Shown: piece after piece, positions 10,786 to 22,572 of the stretch | How the letters are laid out: the number at the start of each line of letters is the position of its first letter | Numbering within the stretch: the stretch's first letter is position 1 | Origin: Selaginella moellendorffii | Lineage: Eukaryota > Plantae > Lycopodiophyta | Assembly: GCF_000143415.4 (NCBI RefSeq) | Contig: NW_003314266.1 | Location: 2,523,856 to 2,587,855 of the forward strand | Reading direction: 5' to 3' | DNA length: 64,000 bases | Translations under genes and position numbers: made by a program | The notes under the pieces: generated by a model | Told to the model about the DNA's origin: nothing | Database searches by the model: none | What the model saw: only the letters and a program-made list of their open reading frames with translations

Positions 10786-12738
10786 TCAAACCGATCCATT
10801 TCCACCCTCCTTTGACTCGGTTTGTATGTTCGCTACAGGCCCTCTGAACCAATGCCGAGCGTAAACGAGCCAGCTCGTCGCCACCAGGATCAAAACACCC
10901 CCCACGGCGACTGGTGCATAGTTGAGCGATGTCTCTGTGACCGGGTAAGCCACTGGCAAGCAGAACAAGACCGTGATTGTCGCCACCCATAAAACTGACA
11001 CCCATCCCAGAACAAATCCAAAAGGCCCCAGGTTAAATGGCCCTGGAATGAAGCTCTTGGCCGCGATGGTAACGCGGAAAAATATCGGGAGGGCGTATGC
11101 AATGTAAAGGCCGATAGTTGCAATTGATACCATAGCTTGAAACGCAACGCTGCTTCCCAAGTACTGGAAAAAATATCAAAAACCATGTTGGTGAGTCGAG
11201 CAACGAGAAATAGTAGAGGATACTCACCGGAAGAGCCATGCAAAACGCAATCACGACGGAAAGCCAGACCGCATTCAAGGGAACTTCACGCGAAGTCACA
11301 GTGTGCCAGAAGCTAGAGAGCGGCATGGCGCCATCCCTTGAGAAAGCATAGGCCATCCTGCAATGAACGAGAGTTTGGAAAGAGAAAAAGAAAGAGAAAG
11401 AACTTTGTACCTTGAGTTGCTAGTTACAGAACTCATGCCACAGAAAAAAATGGCCACGGCAACAATTCCAAGGCATACTATGCCTCCGGTTCCAGTGCCA
11501 TATTTATCCTTGAAAATGGTGTAAAAGAGTTGGGCTACGGCATAACCTTTGGCGTCGTTGTTTGGATCGAGCAAGAACCCGATGTCGCTGATCGCGAAAG
11601 TGATTCCAAGAATGTAACCCCACCCAACGATGACGGATATGACGACGGCACTTATAATTCCAAATGCACCGTTTTTGTCTGATGATCTCGTCTCCTCGGA
11701 CTGCATGGGATGATGGTGAGGAGAATTACAAACCAGAAAGCCTAAAAAAAGTTACCATATGAGCAGAGGCATCGTATCCAGTAAGTGTGTATTGGCTCAT
11801 CAAAATTCCAAGAAGAAAAATATACGGATAGCTGTGAATACCTTCGTTGTTCACTGTGTTGAAATACTTGAAAACAAACTCAGGTCTCTGTGTCTGAGGA
11901 GCTAAAACAGGGATCAATATCATCAGCACAAAAACCCCTGCAAAAGAATGGCGTTTAAAAAGAGAACGGAAGAATAACGCTTGTCCCTTACCAATCAAGT
12001 TCCAGAACGCGGCAAAGGTACCGAAAAAAGAGAGGATATGAATTGGCAGGCTATTTACAAGCCCGTGAAGAAACAAAATGCCTGCATGGAATCCTATTAC
12101 GACGTACTTGGAGGCATAATAACCACCCCCATTTGCACCACCTGTGCCCAGGAGTACCATCACTTGAAGGAGAGTGGCTAGAGAAAAGTCTATGCTTGTC
12201 GTCACGGCCCACTGAATTTGAAACTTTCAGCACGCTGGAAGAGAAGAAAAACGAGAGCCAGAAAGACATACCTGACCAACAATGTTGAACCTGGAAAGAA
12301 AGGAGAATGAGCGACACGTGAAAGTAAACGAAAGAGCTTACCAGCCAGTGATCCATGCTGCAAACGGACCCCAGTTCTCGCCAGCTAAACTGAAGCTCCA
12401 GAAGTAGAGTCCTCCAGAGGTTGGGAACGCAGAGCATATCTCTGCCATCGAAAGAGCTACAATCGTCGTGAAGAAGCCAACAACGAGCCAGCCGTATACC
12501 ATGGAGATCGGTCCCCCATAACTCAAGCCTGTGCTGTAGAGCGTTGTAATCCCTGTCAAGATCGAAACCACGGCAAAGGAGAACGCAAAATTCGAGACAA
12601 CCCTGAAACCGAAGGAATCAGTACAAACCGGTTCTTTTCTTTATGTACTTACGAGAGTGAGCGCTTGAGTTCCTGCTTGTAGCCGAGCTCCGCCAAGCGC
12701 TTTTGACCGGAATCCATCAGAGGTTCTTCGGCGGACAT
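10786..12738 (-). CDS. BAT1: Amino-acid/GABA permease BAT1/GABP-like (APC superfamily), multi-exon
   Basis: MSAEEPLMDSGQKRLAELGYKQELKRSLS, SMAEICSAFPTSGGLY, SQYTLTGYDASAHM|SEET, AYAFSRDGAMP, YARHWFRGP. Confidence 0.93.
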
Positions 12739-13153
12739 AGGAACAGCGTTCCGGGGCAAGAAAAAAACCCCAACGGGCACCGCACGGCTTTCGAGAAAGC
12801 GACTCTTTCCGGTCCCTTCTGTGTACTATTGAGCTTAGTATTATTAGGAGTCGAATTGATTAGAACGTACCTCACTCCTTTATGGTCCGAAACAGTGACT
12901 TCATAGCTACCAAAGTCGGATCGGTCAGGTCACTGATCCTCGCGTCACCTTGCATGAGCTGTACCGATTTGATTCCTCCGTGAGAAAGAAAAATCTGCCT
13001 GTAACCTCAATCACATGATACTAATCAGTCCCACCTTCTTCACGTGTACGCCTCAAGCTGCGTATAAATCTGCAACCCCTTGCAGTCGAGGAAAACATTA
13101 GCTTACAACTTGCTTTCCTGCTTTTGTATAGTCTTGCATCTTGCTCTTCTAGT
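12739..13153. promoter_or_regulatory. Divergent BAT1/LOX intergenic region; G-box (13041-13046) and TATA (13063-13069) on LOX side
   Basis: CACGTG and TATAAAT; LOX-proximal ~190 bp nearly identical upstream of LOX2. Confidence 0.65.
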
Positions 13154-16148
13154 ATGGCGCTTCTCGGAGGCATAGCTGGAGCCTTGTTCCAGGATAAAGG
13201 CTCGTCTAAGATCGTCTACAAAGGCGCTGTCCTCGTCCGGAAAACTAATGTCCTCGATGTCACCAACGTTGGAGCTTCGGTGGTGGACGATACCGCAGAT
13301 CTCCTTGGTCTTGGAGTGACACTGCAATTGATCAGTAAGTAAATGTTTGTCGCTGCCAAGAACATCCTCACCTTTGAGTATTGTACAGGTGCCAAGACAG
13401 GAAAGAAGAGCAATCCCGCAAACCTTGAGAAGTGGTTGTTTTCTGGAGGATTATTTGCTACGGACGATGTCAAATACACTGTGAAGTTTTCAGTGGACCC
13501 GGATTTCGGACTGCCTGGAGCATTTAGCATCACGAATAGTCATCCAAGTGAATTTTACCTTGTCTCTTTGACTGTCGAGATGCCTGGAGGGGGGAAGATC
13601 GTTGAGTTCCCTTGCTATTCCTGGGTTTACAATTCGAACCTCTACAAAACTGACCGTCTGTTCTTCAGTAACCAGGTAGGCTCTGCGTGGTAAAGATCTC
13701 TGACTGTTGTATCCTTACGAATTCTTTCAGCTCTACCTGCCAAACGAGACACCGACGGGCCTGACAAATGCTCGAAAGAGTGACTTGAAAGCCCTGCAAG
13801 GAGACGGAACGGGAATTAGACAAGACTGGGATCGGATTTACGACTACGATACTTACAACGATCTGGGAAATCCACTCCTCAACATGAAAAGACCAACATT
13901 GGGCGGATCGACCGATCTTCCTTATCCCCGCAGGTGTCGCACCGGTCGAATTAACATCAACGGAGGTCTGAATAAGAAAAAAAAGAAAGAAAGAAAGAAA
14001 GAAAGACACTAATTAATGATGTTTGCTGTGCAACAGTTGAAACTCTCACGTTGACCCCGCTAAATAAATTCTACATACCAAGCGACGAACGATTTGGCTC
14101 CGTGAAGAACAGTGACTTCCTGGCCGACGGTCTCAAGGCACTGACTCACAGCGTCCTTCCAGCTCTGGAAAGCATCATCACGTTTGACCAGACGTTTGAT
14201 TCGCTCAAGGAGATAAAGGACCTGTATGACCATGGATTTGATATATCCGAGCTTGTCACCTCACCAGTAAGGGGGATGCAAACGCCACTCGAGTTCTTCA
14301 ACGAGTTCACCGCAGACACCGGGAACACCAGCTACATGAAGTACCCACTTCCGCAAATCTTAAAAGGTAATGCTCTTCAAATGCAAACTCGAAAAACAAT
14401 GCATCTAACATCAGGCAACTACAGTGAATGAGAAGGGATGGATGACGGACGAAGAATTTGCAAGACAAATGCTGTGTGGAGTGAATCCTATGATGATTCA
14501 ATGTCTAAAGGTAAGTTCATGATACTCACAGCCATTAGCCAACTCTTGAGTTCAGGAATTTCCACCCATGAGCACTCTGGATCCTGAAAAATACGGACCA
14601 TCAAAGTCAGCTATCACCGAGGAACACATTGGCAGTCAGCTAGAAGGCTCAACCGTACAACAGGTTCGTTTTTTTCTTACGTACGAGTTCTAAGTTGACT
14701 CTCTAACCACGCAAATGCAAATGCAGGCAGTGAGTGACAAGAAACTGTTTATTCTCAGTTATCACGATGAGTTCATGCCTTACCTTGACAAGATCAACTC
14801 CCAGAGATCTTCTTACGCTTACGCATCCCGAGTTCTCCTGTTTTTGAAGTCGGATGGAACTCTCCGGCCTGTAGCCATCGAGCTCAGCACACCGTATTCT
14901 CAGAGAGTCTTCGTCCCACCGGCAGCTGGAACAACCGATTGGCTCTGGGAGCTCGCGAAAGCACACGCCGCCACGAACGATTCTGGATATCACCAGCTTG
15001 TCAGTCACTGGTAAGCCAAACATTTAGAGAAGAAACAAACAAACAAACCTCTCGTATCTGTTGTGAAGGCTAAGGACACATGCTTGCATCGAGCCGTTCA
15101 TCATCGCGACCCACAGGCAGCTGAGCAAGCTTCATCCTCTAAACCCGTTTCTGCAGCCACACTTCAAGCACACCATGTCAATCAACTCGCAAGCGCGGCA
15201 AAGCCTCATCAATGCAGCTGGAATCATCGAGCTAACTTTCACTCCAGGAAAATACTGCATGGAGATGAGCGCCGTGGTTTACAAAGGCTGGAGATTCGAC
15301 GAGCAAGGCCTACCAGCAGATCTCATCAAAAGGTAACACAAACAAAACAAAACAAATGCTGGCACTGACACCACTCATTAAAACTCGGTTCCAGAGGGAT
15401 GGCTGTCCCAGACTCCACAGCAAAGCACGGACTCAAGCTTGCGATCGAGGACTATCCATATGCCGCAGATGGTCTCGAAATCTGGGACGCTCTGGAAAAA
15501 TGGACGTCCAGTTATCTCGACGCTTGCTACAACGACGACGAAGCAGTAGCAAGCGATGCAGAGCTCCAGGCCTGGTGGAACGAAGTAATCAAGAAAGGCC
15601 ATGCAGACAAGAAGGACGAGCCATGGTGGATCAAGCTGGACAGCAAGAAAAACCTGGCTCTAGCGCTCACCACTATAATCTGGGTAGCGTCGGCCCATCA
15701 CGCAGCCGTGAACTTTGGCCAGTATGCATACGCTGGCTACATGCCCAACCATCCCACCGCCACTCACAAGGCAATCCCGGCTGAGAACTCGGACGAACAC
15801 AAGAAGCTGCTGGCAAACCCTGAGAAATTCTTCCTCGAGTCGGTCTCGAGGAAGCTGGAAGCGATCCTCGTCATGCTCACGCTCGAGATCCTATCCACTC
15901 ACGCGTCGGACGAGGAGTACCTGGGGCAGCGTGCCATCGCGAACTGGACGGATAATCCCAAGGCCAAGGCCGCCTTCCAGAATTTCACCGCCGCGATGAA
16001 GAATGTGGAGGGCATCGTGGCGCGCCGCAACGCCGATCCATCGCTCAAGAACAGATTGGGGCCCGTGCATGTCGCATACACGCTGCTCTCGCCGGCATCG
16101 GAGAAAGGGATCACTGGCAAAGGCGTGCCCAACAGCATTTCCATCTGA
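13154..16148 (+). CDS. LOX: Lipoxygenase (no evident transit peptide; predicted linoleate 13S-type), multi-exon
   Basis: PLAT domain, [43 protein letters not shown]-terminal GVPNSISI. Confidence 0.96.
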
Positions 16149-16287
16149 GCTATGAACCCTAAAGAAGAGGAAAGGTCAATAATAAGATTATTCGGATATA
16201 GTGGAGCGTTTAACCGAAATATTGAGTATATATTGTTTTAAATATATTTATAATTAATAAATATATTAATCTTAGAATAAAATAATG

Positions 16288-16495
16288 TGTCAAAGTGAAT
16301 AAATTCAATCAATTGTAGGTAAATTGGCAAGAGTGATTATGATTCTTTTAAGGTAGTTAAATGCCTCATCATCTAATTAGTGACATGTATGAATAGATTA
16401 ATTAGATTCCTAATGTCCCTATTTACTATCTAGTGAAACCACAACCAAGGGAATGAACTTGGAAAAATCAGTGGGAAAGAAGACCTTATTGAGCT
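16288..16495 (+). pseudogene. Degenerate fragment of 25S/28S LSU rRNA gene (helix 69 region)
   Basis: Aligns with conserved TGTCAAAGTGAAGAAATTCAA...TTAAGGTAGCCAAATGCCTCGTCATCTAATTAGTGAC...GAAAGAAGACCCTGTTGAGCT; mostly C>T/G>A changes. Confidence 0.88.
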
Positions 16496-17399
16496 AAGAA
16501 TGGGAATTTTTATATTTAACCTCTAAAATACCATTTCAACATGCTTGAAATTGGGAAAGAGTATGGGGGCTAGTGACAAAGGGAAGGATCAATGGAATGA
16601 GAGTTTAGTTATGTGTAGTTTAAATCCACACCATTTACTCTATGAATGCATGCTCCCAATCCTTAGTGGTTGTGAATTCTAGATCTTATCAATGATCCCC
16701 AACCTTGTCTTTCCTATGTGATTGTGCCTATTAATGTGAAGGACTTGAGTCAGTTGTGAAATTGGCATTTATTTCTCAAAAATATAAAAAGCCCTTAAAC
16801 AGTCTTGAATCCCATGATGTGGTGAACTAAAGAGTGTACACTGTTTGGTAATAGTGACACTATTGCTGCCTAGAAGCCTTCTCCTTGATGCTATATGGTT
16901 AATCCCTTCCAATTGGTGTTGTCATCTTTGTCAACAGGGTTTTTATGTTATTGAAATGTGTATTGAACAATAAATTTATATGCCTTCATCATTATTTGAG
17001 ATTAGTAAAGAATGTTGAAGATCATTACAAATACTTTTTCTTTACTATCACTCTTATTTAGCCTTTATAAAACTATAGTGTCTAGTTTCTATATGATTGA
17101 AACCAGAAAAGAGCATTATTATATATGGGTGGGGAGGTAAGTCAATATCCATTATAGCCCAAGTGGTTGAAGTTTTCAATGGACTTAGGGAAATACACAT
17201 TTTATTGTTAGACAAGTGCTGCCAAAGCTGTAGTGGTGGTTTCAATGTCCATTCATCTTCACTAGCCTCATTTTCATGCTAAAGAAGGGCTATAAAGTTT
17301 GTTCCTTGGTAATCTTTCCTTCATCTCCTCTCTTTATAAGTGTGTCAAGTTAGGATGCTAATGAGATAATCAATTGAGACCAAACTTTTGAGATTGTTG

Positions 17400-18100
17400 C
17401 TTGAGCTGAGGGGTTTTTGTTATCGAACATCCTAGCACAGCGAGCCTTTCAAATCTCCACAAAAGTACATCCTCTAAAGACATCAAATAACTTTTGGTAC
17501 AGATGCATGATGTGTGTGCTTATTTAGTTGAGCTGATCAAAGTGTGGATTCTCACTAAGTCTCCATTTCTAAGCATCCAAGTGTTTTATCTTTCCTTGGA
17601 TGAAGCAACCCAAAATGTTGATTTATAGATTATAATTGCACCATCTTGAGAGGATTGTTTGAGAATTACCATGAAGCCTTCCCACACATCTTATGCTACT
17701 GAACATTCCATAGGATATGGCATTGTGTCTTCATTGCTCCACAGTGTGCAAGTTGTGTCTAAGAGGTGGATTGCCAAGAGTGAGAGGAGACACTCCTACT
17801 GGGTGGGCCACATAAAGTATTGGGTCTTGGTAGATTAGTGACCTTTCTAGATTTTATTCACACATTGTAAGTAGTTCTGGGAGTGAATATGTTGTACTCT
17901 CACTTGATAAATGTGGATTGCACTGGGGTACAAGCTACTCCTCATCTGAGTTTAGTCTTGTATTAAAAGAAGCCTTTGCATATGTCCCTCAATTGCCACT
18001 TTGCGAGATCCCATTTTAGTTTATTTGATATCTATTAGCGAAACTAGTAAAGTCGAGTGTATTGTCTCTCTAATACAGCTAGGTTTACATTTGTTGTCTT
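17400..18100 (-). mobile_element. Degenerate LINE relic (zf-RVT region); boundaries approximate
   Basis: Broken frames resembling KIWK..TKTQYFMW and CxxC....HILWECxxAxDVW at ~17680-17860. Confidence 0.5.
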
Positions 18101-18436
18101 TTCCTCCATTTAAATAAATTCAATAGTCATTAGCTCTATCTGGCTAGTGAAATGATGAAGATATCAACCATACTCTTAAACTGACCTCTAAAAAGGATAT
18201 GTAAATAGTTATGTTAGGGTCATAAGTTGGGTACATCCAATGGCTTTAAACCAACTAGCACAAAGTGCCATTTCACACTATTTCTTATAACATTTTACTA
18301 ACCATCTATTCTTAAGTTTGGATGATTGTGTCCCATATACAATCATTCAAGATGGTGTCTACCATGCCACTAGTAACTTTTGCAATAATGCAGCTACCAC
18401 ACTACTAACAACCTTTGTAGTCAGCATATCTACCCT

Positions 18437-18882
18437 TGTTAGGCACCAGCTTTGACCACATAGTCAACATCGGTCAAAAGGAGGCTCAAGGGTATATTAA
18501 AACATGTTAAGGTAAAAAACTTAACCTACCCTAGGGCTCATAATGGAGTGGTAGCACAGTGGAGCTTTTGAGGTAGCTCAAAGGTGGTTGGGTGGTGAGG
18601 AACCTTAAGAGGAGGCATAGTATAATCTAAGAAGGTTCTCTGTCTTTTTGCACTGAATCATAACATTGGTATTAAAGCCTAATTCAATTCTCATGGTAAC
18701 AAGTGGGGTAAGAATATTCTACAAGAATATTCAACATGGTGGATCTAGAGGAACGTAGTGGATCTAGAGGGAGAACCAAAGTTTGGTAGACCTTAAGAGA
18801 AGGACCATAGTGACTGGATGGTGGCCTAAATATGATCACGGACGATCATTCCCTAGTGAGGGAAGGATTGTTAGGTATTAGA
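18437..18882 (+). mobile_element. TRIM-like non-autonomous LTR element candidate (3' LTR truncated)
   Basis: TGTTA...TAACA (18437-18665), degenerate iMet PBS TGGTATTAAAGCC, ~190-bp internal region, PPT GTGAGGGAAGGA, then TGTTAGGTATTAG resembling TGTTAGGCACCAG. Confidence 0.5.
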
Positions 18883-20749
18883 TCAGGATAATAAGATAAA
18901 AAAAGGGCCTCATAATCAAATGATTACCCCTTTAGCCAATTAGCTTAGGGTGTAAGGGATAAAATCCTAACAATCCCGCCATGAGTAGCTTCAAAAGCTA
19001 AAAGGGCAATTCCCCCAATACCACTATAACCTCATGAGCATCAGTGTAATGCATGTGATTATGAGATGAGATTTGGATATACTGTCATCGTGGATTCTTA
19101 GAACCTTGGGAGATAAATGGGGATAAAATAGCTACTAAGGGCTCTCTCATCAAGCAATTGCCCCTTTTTCCAATTAATTTAAGGGGAGAGAGATAAGATG
19201 CGCTACAATCAATCCTAATAGACACAACTTCCCCACCACCACTAGTATTAGTAAATACCTCGCCACCAATAAATACAGCCTCAATAACAGTAGCATCAAG
19301 ACTAACATAAGCTTTTACCTTAGCATCCACCTTATTATTATGCTCTTTATGGCCTTCTTCAGTATGACTAGTAGCAACTTCATTGGTTACTTAAGATCAA
19401 TCTCCACTCAATTAAGGTTGCTTTTTCCTAGAGACTAGAACTATTGAGGCTCGCCTTGACACTTCCTCTAAAATAAAAAATAAAAAATTAAAATATCTAA
19501 CTTATAAAGCAAAATTTACTTATGGCATTATAAGTTTAAGTCCCTTCTTGGTCAAACTTAATTTATATATGCTCTCACAAGAAAAGTTTGTAAATAAAAA
19601 AGTGTAAAATAGATTGTAAACTACAAGAAATGCAAAGAAAAATAATGAAAGTCACTGAGAAAAGTTGGTTTGCCAATCTTATTCTACCTCTCTAAAATTC
19701 AGAAAACAAAAATTCTTAAGACCGAGAAGGAAAAAAAAAAAACTACAATAACATAGAAGAGGTCAATTTGGGCAAGAATTGACATCTTTCACCCTTCATT
19801 TTTTACAAGAAAATTGTTATCAAATTCTTAAAATCAAGAAAAAAATATCATAATATTTTTTAAGATGATGATTTCACAAGAACTTATGTTTTTGTCTCTC
19901 CCTATTTTCTAAATTATAAAAACCTCACCCCTAGCAGTAAGAAAAAAAACCAAGACAGCTTGCCTCTAAGAAAAATGAAGTTAGGGAAATGTTAGTTCAC
20001 ATGTGAAACCCCTTCAACAAGGAAAAAAAAAATAATGAGGTAAATATAGATAAAAGAATGAAAAAACATAAAAAATAGAATGTTAGAAGATGTTGTTTCA
20101 CACAAAAATCAATATCTCCATCCCTCTTATTGTTCAGAAAAAAAAAACCAAAAATCAAGAAAAAAAACTTCTAATAAAAGAAAAAAGATGAGGAAATATT
20201 AATTTATGCACGAACCAACCTCTCCTTTGCCAATCTCTCATCTCACAAAAGAAAATGATCACAAGTTGTAAACTATAAATTACTAATAAGTTGGGAGTAA
20301 TAGATGAAAAGTAGTAGTTAAAGAGATTGAGGAAAAGCCTAAAATATATCTTGGATTTTTAGTGTTTTGAAAAGTGTTTAGTAATCTGATTGAAAAGCAT
20401 CTTGAAGTGCATTGTATAATTGAAATGTTCTTTACTCAAACCTTAGCTGTAAAACTCTAAAAATAAATAATCACGATCAATGGTCATGATTTTTATTCTC
20501 TTGAATGGCGATTGTTTTCTAGATTCTAGAGACTTTAATTTTGCAAATAGTAGGATATATTTATTGGACAAATCCTTTATAAATAAAGATTTAATGTGTT
20601 CTTTACAAGGACATGATCATTCAATGCTTTAGATATTAAGATATTATTCTAGTATGATGCTAGAAACTACATTACTTTGAATAGAATGTTGTTTGCAACA
20701 ATGCAACACGTTGAGAAGATAACTTCTTACTTGCCTATAATTTAAGTTA

Positions 20750-21499
20750 GTCCCTTAATTTTGTTATTATTTTGTGATTTTGAAGATCAAAGTTGTATTG
20801 CCATCCAACTTAGAATTCAAACCAGCAAAAAACTTTTAAGGAGAGTCTTACTATAAAAGTACTTATGGAAAGGGGGTTTGCTTGTGAGCTAAATCCTAAA
20901 AGCACTCTTAGAAGTGTCATCTAGAACCATCTATTTAGTGGTATTCACATCCATTCACAAGTACCTACCACCCTTTGTTTCCATAAAAAAAAGCCAAAGT
21001 TGTGCTTTTTTTTAAACATTTTTTACTTCACTTTTATTGCAAGTTTTACTTTCAACCATAAAAAGCTTTTTATGATAAAAAATCTTCAATATGAGAGTAA
21101 AGATATAATATTGCTTCGATTGCTAAAATGTCACCCCAAGCATAAATAACAGCATGTTTCAACATATTATAGAGAAGATCAGTCAGAAGAGTAATTATCT
21201 CTAAGAAATCCTTCATAAATCATAAAAAAAAACTCCAATCATATTAAAAAAAACTATGGAGATTATGTATTATCAAAGGTAAATGTTAGTCACTCATAAC
21301 TTGGATTTTTTCAGGATCAAGCCACACATCATACACTGAAATCAAATGTTTAAGATATCCAATCTCTAAGAAAAACTTGTATTTAAATAACTTCAAATAA
21401 AGTTTATTATCCATATATAACTCTTTGCATATATATTTTATGTTCCTCCATTGTAGAGTTGAATATTAGGATATTATCATGCAATCTTCCTTAAGTAAG
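20750..21499 (-). mobile_element. Old gypsy pol relic, left part (interrupted by chromovirus); left boundary approximate
   Basis: Minus frame LHDNILIFNSTMEEH resembles YxDDILIFS..EEH. Confidence 0.55.
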
Positions 21500-22432
21500 T
21501 GTTGTGAATGTGACTTTGGGTATTGAAAGATACTTGTCGACCAGTCTTTACGGGCACTCTTTCCTTATTACCACGACGGCAAAAGGTCGGTATTGCTGGT
21601 TCCCTTTATTGGCCCCTCTTATCCAAGTGTTAGTAAACTGGACTTAGCATCTGTACTTAGCCGGATGAGCATAAGGACGGAATTCCTAAGTGTCTATTTG
21701 GCCAAACATACTTGGCCCGGCTTTTGAATTCTCTTTTGCTCTGTCTTGCACTGGCTTGGCAAGAACCCTCGCGTATTGAGACTAGTCCCTTAATATCGCC
21801 AGATGATAGCTTACCATGTCTGCCAAACACCTTCGCTATCACACCCTTTGTGTTAGTCTCATTTCGGTCCTAAGTGCTATTTATGGAAAGTGTCTAAATT
21901 CACTCATTTGGCATGTCTACAGAATGCAGAGGTCGGCCTGAACACAATGGTGTTCATCCCATGTCCAAATTCGCAATCTAAGGCTATTCCATATTTAGTA
22001 AGTTTCGAACTTGTCCCAGAGACTAACTCCTGGTACTAAGGGTGGCTTGGGGTGAAAGCCCAAAGCGTGTGTTCCTCGAGGGGGGGGGGGGGGGGGGGGG
22101 GGGCTAATGGGGGGTTCCACATGTATAGTAGGGATAGTGGTTGGAATGCATATCCGACCACTTGAGACATTAGTTTGGTTCCCGCTGGGCTATGTCGCTC
22201 CTTGTTCTGCATTCAGCTTTGGTCTAAGCCCAAGCTCCATGCTGCTCTAGACGGTGGAGTACCCTCCTCCTCGTGTTAGGCCACCGGTATGCCAAAATTG
22301 TGCCAGACTCCGTCTGACACCATTTTGCGTGCAGGTGTTAGATACGAGGAGCTGGTGCTCGTGGGATTGTACTGGACCCTCGTTCGTAGTGCAACGGGCT
22401 TGGAGTTCGGCTCCAAATTCAGGTGCGTTACA
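21500..22432 (+). repeat. Chromovirus 5' LTR (933 bp)
   Basis: TG...CA, direct repeat of 27945-28862. Confidence 0.93.
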
Positions 22433-22572
22433 TTTGGTATCAAAGGAATTGTCTTAGTGATTCCTATCCAACTTTTGTCGGATTTTCTGACTCAAGTTGT
22501 ATACGCAGAGACTTTTCTAGTAGATCCGAAGCGACTTGTGTAGGATTAGTTGGATAGCACCATTCGGTAAGA

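Noticed and set aside
16288-16495. Functional rRNA gene or R2 insertion
   Set aside because: Only ~210 bp, mutated at invariant positions; the target site is uninterrupted
19450-20700. A-rich region with possible exon remnants
   Set aside because: No recognisable motif; cannot be assigned
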